DNA of 64,000 nt, taken from Auanema rhodensis. Taxonomy: Eukaryota > Animalia > Nematoda. The notes below the pieces were generated by a model. That model was not told the origin of the DNA, did not search any database, and worked only from the letters and a program-made list of their open reading frames with translations. Position numbers and translations under genes: made by a program. Of the stretch, positions 1-12,200 are shown piece by piece (position 1 is the first letter of the stretch; each line of letters starts with the position of its first letter). The DNA is taken from NCBI GenBank assembly GCA_964057225.1, contig OZ059900.1, forward strand, positions 17,422,001 to 17,486,000, read 5' to 3'.

Positions 1-133
1 GTAAACAAGGTTTTGACTTACGATTTCATGTGTTCAAACTCATGCAATGTCAATGAAACCTAGCTCAAAATTGTTCGTACAACGTCTAGTTCCACTTTCA
101 CGACAAAAAAACAGGGGTTAGAAAATTAAGGAA

Positions 134-170
134 ATTAGCATATTCTGAGGGCACGCCCCTTATGGCTAAT
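134..170. other. Imperfect dyad symmetry 1 in each monomer (first copy shown)
   Basis: ATTAGC(134-139)/GCTAAT(165-170), ATA(140-142)/TAT(161-163) and AGGG(148-151)/CCCT(157-160) pair around a CACGC loop. This is the only GC-rich patch of the monomer. Confidence 0.55.
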
Positions 171-218
171 ATTGATTAAATCGATTTTTGTTCATATGAT
201 TCGTCAAATGCAACGAAT

Positions 219-261
219 TTCAGCGTGTTACATACTAAAATGAAGCATTTTACATGCTGAA
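219..261. other. Imperfect dyad symmetry 2 in each monomer (16-bp total stem, AAG loop; first copy shown)
   Basis: TTCAGCGTG(219-227) pairs with CATGCTGAA(253-261) with one G.T. TAAAATG(236-242) pairs perfectly with CATTTTA(246-252) around AAG. There is an 8-nt bulge TTACATAC(228-235). Confidence 0.75.
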
Positions 262-335
262 CACTAGAAAAATACAAAAACACAGTATTTCCCATGAGAA
301 ATATTTTATTATGCTGGAAAACCAGTTTTTGGAAA

Positions 336-352
336 TTTCGCTGTAAACAAGG
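336..352 (+). other. CENP-B-box-like 17-mer, one per monomer (first copy shown)
   Basis: TTTCGCTGTAAACAAGG versus the canonical YTTCGTTGGAARCGGGA: 12/17 identical, and 7 of the 9 core bases of nTTCGnnnnAnnCGGGn are present. The CGGG block is CAAG, so it is not a canonical functional box. Confidence 0.35.
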
Positions 353-3300
353 TTTTGACTTACGATTTCATGTGTTCAAACTCATGCAATGTCAATGAAA
401 CCTAGCTCAAAATTGTTCGTACAACGTCTAGTTCCACTTTCACGACAAAAAAACAGGGGTTAGAAAATTAAGGAAATTAGCATATTCTGAGGGCACGCCC
501 CTTATGGCTAATATTGATTAAATCGATTTTTGTTCATATGATTCGTCAAATGCAACGAATTTCAGCGTGTTACATACTAAAATGAAGCATTTTACATGCT
601 GAACACTAGAAAAATACAAAAACACAGTATTTCCCATGAGAAATATTTTATTATGCTGGAAAACCAGTTTTTGGAAATTTCGCTGTAAACAAGGTTTTGA
701 CTTACGATTTCATGTGTTCAAACTCATGCAATGTCAATGAAACCTAGCTCAAAATTGTTCGTACAACGTCTAGTTCCACTTTCACGACAAAAAAACAGGG
801 GTTAGAAAATTAAGGAAATTAGCATATTCTGAGGGCACGCCCCTTATGGCTAATATTGATTAAATCGATTTTTGTTCATATGAGTCGTCAAATGCAACGA
901 ATTTCAGCGTGTTACATACTAAAATGAAGCATTTTACATGCTGAACACTAGAAAAATACAAAAACACAGTATTTCCCATGAGAAATATTTTATTATGCTG
1001 GAAAACCAGTTTTTGGAAATTTCGCTGTAAACAAGGTTTTGACTTACGATTTCATGTGTTCAAACTCATGCAATGTCAATGAAACCTAGCTCAAAATTGT
1101 TCGTACAACGTCTAGTTCCACTTTCACGACAAAAAAACAGGGGTTAGAAAATTAAGGAAATTAGCATATTCTGAGGGCACGCCCCTTATGGCTAATATTG
1201 ATTAAATCGATTTTTGTTCATATGAGTCGTCAAATGCAACGAATTTCAGCGTGTTACATACTAAAATGAAGCATTTTACATGCTGAACACTAGAAAAATA
1301 CAAAAACACAGTATTTCCCATGAGAAATATTTTATTATGCTGGAAAACCAGTTTTTGGAAATTTCGCTGTAAACAAGGTTTTGACTTACGATTTCATGTG
1401 TTCAAACTCATGCAATGTCAATGAAACCTAGCTCAAAATTGTTCGTACAACGTCTAGTTCCACTTTCACGACAAAAAAACAGGGGTTAGAAAATTAAGGA
1501 AATTAGCATATTCTGAGGGCACGCCCCTTATGGCTAATATTGATTAAATCGATTTTTGTTCATATGAGTCGTCAAATGCAACGAATTTCAGCGTGTTACA
1601 TACTAAAATGAAGCATTTTACATGCTGAACACTAGAAAAATACAAAAACACAGTATTTCCCATGAGAAATATTTTATTATGCTGGAAAACCAGTTTTTGG
1701 AAATTTCGCTGTAAACAAGGTTTTGACTTACGATTTCATGTGTTCAAACTCATGCAATGTCAATGAAACCTAGCTCAAAATTGTTCGTACAACGTCTAGT
1801 TCCACTTTCACGACAAAAAAACAGGGGTTAGAAAATTAAGGAAATTAGCATATTCTGAGGGCACGCCCCTTATGGCTAATATTGATTAAATCGATTTTTG
1901 TTCATATGAGTCGTCAAATGCAACGAATTTCAGCGTGTTACATACTAAAATGAAGCATTTTACATGCTGAACACTAGAAAAATACAAAAACACAGTATTT
2001 CCCATGAGAAATATTTTATTATGCTGGAAAACCAGTTTTTGGAAATTTCGCTGTAAACAAGGTTTTGACTTACGATTTCATGTGTTCAAACTCATGCAAT
2101 GTCAATGAAACCTAGCTCAAAATTGTTCGTACAACGTCTAGTTCCACTTTCACGACAAAAAAACAGGGGTTAGAAAATTAAGGAAATTAGCATATTCTGA
2201 GGGCACGCCCCTTATGGCTAATATTGATTAAATCGATTTTTGTTCATATGAGTCGTCAAATGCAACGAATTTTAGCGTGTTACATACTAAAATGAAGCAT
2301 TTTACATGCTGAACACTAGAAAAATACAAAAACACAGTATTTCCCATGAGAAATATTTTATTATGCTGGAAAACCAGTTTTTGGAAATTTCGCTGTAAAC
2401 AAGGTTTTGACTTACGATTTCATGTGTTCAAACTCATGCAATGTCAATGAAACCTAGCTCAAAATTGTTCGTACAACGTCTAGTTCCACTTTCACGACAA
2501 AAAAACAGGGGTTAGAAAATTAAGGAAATTAGCATATTCTGAGGGCACGCCCCTTATGGCTAATATTGATTAAATCGATTTTTGTTCATATGATTCGTCA
2601 AATGCAACGAATTTCAGCGTGTTACATACTAAAATGAAGCATTTTACATGCTGAACACTAGAAAAATACAAAAACACAGTATTTCCCATGAGAAATATTT
2701 TATTATGCTGGAAAACCAGTTTTTGGAAATTTCGCTGTAAACAAGGTTTTGACTTACGATTTCATGTGTTCAAACTCATGCAATGTCAATGAAACCTAGC
2801 TCAAAATTGTTCGTACAACGTCTAGTTCCACTTTCACGACAAAAAAACAGGGGTTAGAAAATTAAGGAAATTAGCATATTCTGAGGGCACGCCCCTTATG
2901 GCTAATATTGATTAAATCGATTTTTGTTCATATGAGTCGTCAAATGCAACGAATTTCAGCGTGTTACATACTAAAATGAAGCATTTTACATGCTGAACAC
3001 TAGAAAAATACAAAAACACAGTATTTCCCATGAGAAATATTTTATTATGCTGGAAAACCAGTTTTTGGAAATTTCGCTGTAAACAAGGTTTTGACTTACG
3101 ATTTCATGTGTTCAAACTCATGCAATGTCAATGAAACCTAGCTCAAAATTGTTCGTACAACGTCTAGTTCCACTTTCACGACAAAAAAACAGGGGTTAGA
3201 AAATTAAGGAAATTAGCATATTCTGAGGGCACGCCCCTTATGGCTAATATTGATTAAATCGATTTTTGTTCATATGAGTCGTCAAATGCAACGAATTTCA

Positions 3301-6300
3301 GCGTGTTACATACTAAAATGAAGCATTTTACATGCTGAACACTAGAAAAATACAAAAACACAGTATTTCCCATGAGAAATATTTTATTATGCTGGAAAAC
3401 CAGTTTTTGGAAATTTCGCTGTAAACAAGGTTTTGACTTACGATTTCATGTGTTCAAACTCATGCAATGTCAATGAAACCTAGCTCAAAATTGTTCGTAC
3501 AACGTCTAGTTCCACTTTCACGACAAAAAAACAGGGGTTAGAAAATTAAGGAAATTAGCATATTCTGAGGGCACGCCCCTTATGGCTAATATTGATTAAA
3601 TCGATTTTTGTTCATATGAGTCGTCAAATGCAACGAATTTCAGCGTGTTACATACTAAAATGAAGCATTTTACATGCTGAACACTAGAAAAATACAAAAA
3701 CACAGTATTTCCCATGAGAAATATTTTATTATGCTGGAAAACCAGTTTTTGGAAATTTCGCTGTAAACAAGGTTTTGACTTACGATTTCATGTGTTCAAA
3801 CTCATGCAATGTCAATGAAACCTAGCTCAAAATTGTTCGTACAACGTCTAGTTCCACTTTCACGACAAAAAAACAGGGGTTAGAAAATTAAGGAAATTAG
3901 CATATTCTGAGGGCACGCCCCTTATGGCTAATATTGATTAAATCGATTTTTGTTCATATGAGTCGTCAAATGCAACGAATTTCAGCGTGTTACATACTAA
4001 AATGAAGCATTTTACATGCTGAACACTAGAAAAATACAAAAACACAGTATTTCCCATGAGAAATATTTTATTATGCTGGAAAACCAGTTTTTGGAAATTT
4101 CGCTGTAAACAAGGTTTTGACTTACGATTTCATGTGTTCAAACTCATGCAATGTCAATGAAACCTAGCTCAAAATTGTTTGTACAACGTCTAGTTCCACT
4201 TTCACGACAAAAAAACAAGGGTTAGAAAATTAAGGAAATTAGCATATTCTGAGGGCACGCCCCTTATGGCTAATATTGATTAAATCGATTTTTGTTCATA
4301 TGAGTCGTCAAATGCAACGAATTTCAGCGTGTTACATACTTAAATGAAGCATTTTACATGCTGAACACTATAAAAATACAAAAACACAGTATTTCCCATG
4401 AGAAATATTTTATTATGCTGGAAAACCAGTTTTTGGAAATTTCGCTGTAAACAAGGTTTTGACTTACGATTTCATGTGTTCAAACTCATGCAATGTCAAT
4501 GAAACCTAGCTCAAAATTGTTCGTACAACGTCTAGTTCCACTTTCACGACAAAAAAACAGGGGTTAGAAAATTTAGGAAATTAGCATATTCTGAGGGCAC
4601 GCCCCTTATGGCTAATATTGATTAAATCGATTTTTGTTCATATGAGTCGTCAAATGCAACGAATTTCAGCGTGTTACATACTAAAATGAAACATTTTACA
4701 TGCTGAACACTAGAAAAATACAAAAACACAGTATTTCCCATGAGAAATATTTTATTATGCTGGAAAACCAGTTTTTGGAAATTTCGCTGTAAACAAGGTT
4801 TTGACTTACGATTTCATGTGTTCAAACTCATGCAATGTCAATGAAACCTAGCTCAAAATTGTTCGTACAACGTCTAGTTCCACTTTCACGACAAAAAAAC
4901 AAGGGTTAGAAAATTAAGGAAATTAGCATATTCTGAGGGCACGCCCCTTATGGCTAATATTGATTAAATCGATTTTTGTTCATATGAGTCGTCAAATGCA
5001 ACGAATTTCAGCGTGTTACATACTAAAATGAAGCATTTTACATGCTGAACACTAGAAAAATACAAAAACACAGTATTTCCCATGAGAAATATTTTATTAT
5101 GCTGGAAAACCAGTTTTTGGAAATTTCGCTGTAAACAAGGTTTTGACTTACGATTTCATGTGTTCAAACTCATGCAATGTCAATGAAACCTAGCTCAAAA
5201 TTGTTCGTACAACGTCTAGTTCCACTTTCACGACAAAAAAACAGGGGTTAGAAAATTAAGGAAATTAGCATATTCTGAGGGCACGCCCCTTATGGCTAAT
5301 ATTGATTAAATCGATTTTTGTTCATATGAGTCGTCAAATGCAAAGAATTTCAGCGTGTTACATACTTAAATGAAGCATTTTACATGCTGAACACTAGAAA
5401 AATACAAAAACACAGTATTTCCCATGAGAAATATTTTATTATGCTGGAAAACCAGTTTTTGGAAATTTCGCTGTAAACAAGGTTTTGACTTACGATTTCA
5501 TGTGTTCAAACTCATGCAATGTCAATGAAACCTAGCTCAAAATTGTTCGTACAACGTCTAGTTCCACTTTCACGACAAAAAAACAGGGGTTAGAAAATTA
5601 AGGAAATTAGCATATTCTGAGGGCACGCCCCTTATGGCTAATATTGATTAAATCGATTTTTGTTCATATGAGTCGTCAAATGCAACGAATTTCAGCGTGT
5701 TACATACTAAAGTGAAGCATTTTACATGCTGAACACTAGAAAAATACAAAAACACAGTATTTCCCATGAGAAATATTTTATTATGCTGGAAAACCAGTTT
5801 TTGGAAATTTCGCTGTAAACAAGGTTTTGACTTACGATTTCATGTGTTCAAACTCATGCAATGTCAATGAAACCTAGCTCAAAATTGTTTGTACAACGTC
5901 TAGTTCCACTTTCACGACAAAAAAACAAGGGTTAGAAAATTAAGGAAATTAGCATATTCTGAGGGCACGCCCCTTATGGCTAATATTGATTAAATCGATT
6001 TTTGTTCATATGAGTCGTCAAATGCAACGAATTTCAGCGTGTTACATACTAAAATGAAGCATTTTACATGCTGAACACTAGAAAAATACAAAAACACAGT
6101 ATTTCCCATGAGAAATATTTTATTATGCTGGAAAACCAGTTTTTGGAAATTTCGCTGTAAACAAGGTTTTGACTTACGATTTCATGTGTTCAAACTCATG
6201 CAATGTCAATGAAACCTAGCTCAAAATTGTTTGTACAACGTCTAGTTCCACTTTCACGACAAAAAAACAAGGGTTAGAAAATTAAGGAAATTAGCATATT

Positions 6301-9234
6301 CTGAGGGCACGCCCCTTATGGCTAATATTGATTAAATCGATTTTTGTTCATATGAGTCGTCAAATGCAACGAATTTCAGCGTGTTACATACTAAAATGAA
6401 GCATTTTACATGCTGAACACTAGAAAAATACAAAAACACAGTATTTCCCATGAGAAATATTTTATTATGCTGGAAAACCAGTTTTTGGAAATTTCGCTGT
6501 AAACAAGGTTTTGACTTACGATTTCATGTGTTCAAACTCATGCAATGTCAATGAAACCTAGCTCAAAATTGTTCGTACAACGTCTAGTTCCACTTTCACG
6601 ACAAAAAAACAGGGGTTAGAAAATTAAGGAAATTAGCATATTCTGAGGGCACGCCCCTTATGGCTAATATTGATTAAATCGATTTTTGTTCATATGAGTC
6701 GTCAAATGCAAAGAATTTCAGCGTGTTACATACTTAAATGAAGCATTTTACATGCTGAACACTAGAAAAATACAAAAACACAGTATTTCCCATGAGAAAT
6801 ATTTTATTATGCTGGAAAACCAGTTTTTGGAAATTTCGCTGTAAACAAGGTTTTGACTTACGATTTCATGTGTTCAAACTCATGCAATGTCAATGAAACC
6901 TAGCTCAAAATTGTTCGTACAACGTCTAGTTCCACTTTCACGACAAAAAAACAAGGGTTAGAAAATTAAGGAAATTAGCATATTCTGAGGGCACGCCCCT
7001 TATGGCTAATATTGATTAAATCGATTTTTGTTCATATGAGTCGTCAAATGCAACGAATTTCAGCGTGTTACATACTAAAATGAAGCATTTTACATGCTGA
7101 ACACTATAAAAATACAAAAACACAGTATTTCCCATGAGAAATATTTTATTATGCTGGAAAACCAGTTTTTGGAAATTTCGCTGTAAACAAGGTTTTGACT
7201 TACGATTTCATGTGTTCAAACTCATGCAATGTCAATGAAACCTAGCTCAAAATTGTTCGTACAACGTCTAGTTCCACTTTCACGACAAAAAAACAGGGGT
7301 TAGAAAATTAAGGAAATTAGCATATTCTGAGGGCACGCCCCTTATGGCTAATATTGATTAAATCGATTTTTGTTCATATGAGTCGTCAAATGCAACGAAT
7401 TTCAGCGTGTTACATACTAAAATGAAGCATTTTACATGCTGAACACTAGAAAAATACAAAAACACAGTATTTCCCATGAGAAATATTTTATTATGCTGGA
7501 AAACCAGTTTTTGGAAATTTCGCTGTAAACAAGGTTTTGACTTACGATTTCATGTGTTCAAACTCATGCAATGTCAATGAAACCTAGCTCAAAATTGTTC
7601 GTACAACGTCTAGTTCCACTTTCACGACAAAAAAACAGGGGTTAGAAAACTAAGGAAATTAGCATATTCTGAGGGCACGCCCCTTATGGCTAATATTGAT
7701 TAAATCGATTTTTGTTCATATGAGTCGTCAAATGCAACGACTTTCAGCGTGTTACATACTAAAATGAAGCATTTTACATGCTGAACACTAGAAAAATACA
7801 AAAACACAGTATTTCCCATGAGAAATATTTTATTATGCTGGAAAACCAGTTTTTGGAAATTTCGCTGTAAACAAGGTTTTGACTTACGATTTCATGTGTT
7901 CAAACTCATGCAATGTCAATGAAACCTAGCTCAAAATTGTTCGTACAACGTCTAGTTCCACTTTCACGACAAAAAAACAGGGGTTAGAAAATTAAGGAAA
8001 TTAGCATATTCTGAGGGCACGCCCCTTATGGCTAATATTGATTAAATCGATTTTTGTTCATATGAGTCGTCAAATGCAACGAATTTCAGCGTGTTACATA
8101 CTAAAATGAAGCATTTTACATGCTGAACACTAGAAAAATACAAAAACACAGTATTTCCCATGAGAAATATTTTATTATGCTGGAAAACCAGTTTTTGGAA
8201 ATTTCGCTGTAAACAAGGTTTTGACTTACGATTTCATGTGTTCAAACTCATGCAATGTCAATGAAACCTAGCTCAAAATTGTTCGTACAACGTCTAGTTC
8301 CACTTTCACGACAAAAAAACAGGGGTTAGAAAATTAAGGAAATTAGCATATTCTGAGGGCACGCCCCTTATGGCTAATATTGATTAAATCGATTTTTGTT
8401 CATATGAGTCGTCAAATGCAACGAATTTCAGCGTGTTACATACTAAAATGAAGCATTTTACATGCTGAACACTAGAAAAATACAAAAACACAGTATTTCC
8501 CATGAGAAATATTTTATTATGCTGGAAAACCAGTTTTTGGAAATTTCGCTGTAAACAAGGTTTTGACTTACGATTTCATGTGTTCAAACTCATGCAATGT
8601 CAATGAAACCTAGCTCAAAATTGTTTGTACAACGTCTAGTTCCACTTTCACGACAAAAAAACAAGGGTTAGAAAATTAAGGAAATTAGCATATTCTGAGG
8701 GCACGCCCCTTATGGCTAATATTGATTAAATCGATTTTTGTTCATATGAGTCGTCAAATGCAACGAATTTCAGCGTGTTACATACTAAAATGAAGCATTT
8801 TACATGCTGAACACTATAAAAATACAAAAACACAGTATTTCCCATGAGAAATATTTTATTATGCTGGAAAACCAGTTTTTGGAAATTTCGCTGTAAACAA
8901 GGTTTTGACTTACGATTTCATGTGTTCAAACTCATGCAATGTCAATGAAACCTAGCTCAAAATTGTTCGTACAACGTCTAGTTCCACTTTCACGACAAAA
9001 AAACAGGGGTTAGAAAATTTAGGAAATTAGCATATTCTGAGGGCACGCCCCTTATGGCTAATATTGATTAAATCGATTTTTGTTCATATGAGTCGTCAAA
9101 TGCAACGAATTTCAGCGTGTTACATACTAAAATGAAGCATTTTACATGCTGAACACTAGAAAAATACAAAAACACAGTATTTCCCATGAGAAATATTTTA
9201 TTATGCTGGAAAACCAGTTTTTGGAAATTTCGCT

Positions 9235-12200
9235 GTAAACAAGGTTTTGACTTACGATTTCATGTGTTCAAACTCATGCAATGTCAATGAAACCTAGCTC
9301 AAAATTGTTCGTACAACGTCTAGTTCCACTTTCACGACAAAAAAACAAGGGTTAGAAAATTAAGGAAATTAGCATATTCTGAGGGCACGCCCCTTATGGC
9401 TAATATTGATTAAATCGATTTTTGTTCATATGAGTCGTCAAATGCAACGAATTTCAGCGTGTTACATACTAAAATGAAGCATTTTACATGCTGAACACTA
9501 GAAAAATACAAAAACACAGTATTTCCCATGAGAAATATTTTATTATGCTGGAAAACCAGTTTTTGGAAATTTCACTGTAAACAAGGTTTTGACTTACGAT
9601 TTCATGTGTTCAAACTCATGCAATGTCAATGAAACCTAGCTCAAAATTGTTCGTACAACGTCTAGTTCCACTTTCACGACAAAAAAACAGGGGTTAGAAA
9701 ATTAAGGAAATTAGCATATTCTGAGGGCACGCCCCTTATGGCTAATATTGATTAAATCGATTTTTGTTCATATGAGTCGTCAAATGCAAAGAATTTCAGC
9801 GTGTTACATACTTAAATGAAGCATTTTACATGCTGAACACTAGAAAAATACAAAAACACAGTATTTCCCATGAGAAATATTTTATTATGCTGGAAAACCA
9901 GTTTTTGGAAATTTCGCTGTAAACAAGGTTTTGACTTACGATTTCATGTGTTCAAACTCATGCAATGTCAATGAAACCTAGCTCAAAATTGTTCGTACAA
10001 CGTCTAGTTCCACTTTCACGACAAAAAACAGGGGTTAGAAAATTAAGGAAATTAGCATATTCTGAGGGCACGCCCCTTATGGCTAATATTGATTAAATCG
10101 ATTTTTGTTCATATGAGTCGTCAAATGCAACGAATTTCAGCGTGTTACATACTAAAATGAAGCATTTTACATGCTGAACACTAGAAAAATACAAAAACAC
10201 AGTATTTCCCATGAGAAATATTTTATTATGCTGGAAAACCAGTTTTTGGAAATTTCGCTGTAAACAAGGTTTTGACTTACGATTTCATGTGTTCAAACTC
10301 ATGCAATGTCAATGAAACCTAACTCAAAATTGTTCGTACAACGTCTAGTTCCACTTTCACGACAAAAAAACAAGGGTTAGAAAATTAAGGAAATTAGCAT
10401 ATTCTGAGGGCACGCCCCTTATGGCTAATATTGATTAAATCGATTTTTGTTCATATGAGTCGTCAAATGCAACGAATTTCAGCGTGTTACATACTAAAAT
10501 GAAGCATTTTACATGCTGAACACTATAAAAATACAAAAACACAGTATTTCCCATGAGAAATATTTTATTATGCTGGAAAACCAGTTTTTGGAAAATTCGC
10601 TGTAAACAAGGTTTTGACTTACGATTTCATGTGTTCAAACTCATGCAATGTCAATGAAACCTAGCTCAAAATTGTTCGTACAACGTCTAGTTCCACTTTC
10701 ACGACAAAAAAACAGGGGTTAGAAAATTAAGGAAATTAGCATATTCTGAGGGCACGCCCCTTATGGCTAATATTGATTAAATCGATTTTTCTTCATATGA
10801 GTCGTCAAATGCAACGAATTTCAGCGTGTTACATACTAAAATGAAGCATTTTACATGCTGAACACTAGAAAAATACAAAAACACAGTATTTCCCATGAGA
10901 AATATTTTATTATGCTGGAAAACCAGTTTTTGGAAATTTCGCTGTAAACAAGGTTTTGACTTACGATTTCATGTGTTCAAACTCATGCAATGTCAATGAA
11001 ACCTAGCTCAAAATTGTTCGTACAACGTCTAGTTCCACTTTCACGACAAAAAAACAGGGGTTAGAAAATTAAGGAAATTAGCATATTCTGAGGGCACGCC
11101 CCTTATGGCTAATATTGATTAAATCGATTTTTGTTCATATGAGTCGTCAAATGCAACGAATTTCAGCGTGTTACATACTAAAATGAAGCATTTTACATGC
11201 TGAACACTAGAAAAATACAAAAACACAGTATTTCCCATGAGAAATATTTTATTATGCTGGAAAACCAGTTTTTGGAAATTTCGCTGTAAACAAGGTTTTG
11301 ACTTACGATTTCATGTGTTCAAACTCATGCAATGTCAATGAAACCTAGCTCAAAATTGTTCGTACAACGTCTAGTTCCACTTTCACGACAAAAAAACAAG
11401 GGTTAGAAAATTAAGGAAATTAGCATATTCTGAGGGCACGCCCCTTATGGCTAATATTGATTAAATCGATTTTTGTTCATATGAGTCGTCAAATGCAACG
11501 AATTTCAGCGTGTTACATACTAAAATGAAGCATTTTACATGCTGAACACTAGAAAAATACAAAAACACAGTATTTCCCATGAGAAATATTTTATTATGCT
11601 GGAAAACCAGTTTTTGGAAATTTCACTGTAAACAAGGTTTTGACTTACGATTTCATGTGTTCAAACTCATGCAATGTCAATGAAACCTAGCTCAAAATTG
11701 TTCGTACAACGTCTAGTTCCACTTTCACGACAAAAAAACAGGGGTTAGAAAATTAAGGAAATTAGCATATTCTGAGGGCACGCCCCTTATGGCTAATATT
11801 GATTAAATCGATTTTTGTTCATATGAGTCGTCAAATGCAAAGAATTTCAGCGTGTTACATACTTAAATGAAGCATTTTACATGCTGAACACTAGAAAAAT
11901 ACAAAAACACAGTATTTCCCATGAGAAATATTTTATTATGCTGGAAAACCAGTTTTTGGAAATTTCGCTGTAAACAAGGTTTTGACTTACGATTTCATGT
12001 GTTCAAACTCATGCAATGTCAATGAAACCTAGCTCAAAATTGTTCGTACAACGTCTAGTTCCACTTTCACGACAAAAAACAGGGGTTAGAAAATTAAGGA
12101 AATTAGCATATTCTGAGGGCACGCCCCTTATGGCTAATATTGATTAAATCGATTTTTGTTCATATGAGTCGTCAAATGCAACGAATTTCAGCGTGTTACA

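Noticed and set aside
113-139. Telomere-like GGGTTAG / TTAAGG / TTAGC words
   Set aside because: There is only a single 7-8 bp match to (TTAGGG)n per monomer and it is not tandem, so it is compatible with chance.
105-338. Helically phased A-tracts (intrinsic curvature)
   Set aside because: A/T tracts are frequent and some are 8-11 bp apart, but I cannot show consistent 10.5-bp phasing by eye, and this is common in AT-rich satellites.
1-342. Primate alpha-satellite dimer (2 x 171 bp)
   Set aside because: The length coincides, but I see no convincing similarity to the alpha-satellite consensus and no canonical CENP-B box. Length alone does not identify a family.
1-342. Tandem RNA gene unit (5S rRNA, tRNA, snRNA or SL RNA)
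   Set aside because: I found no recognisable 5S or tRNA sequence, cloverleaf or Pol III A/B/C boxes. Variants in the hairpins are not compensatory. An Rfam scan would be needed to exclude it formally.
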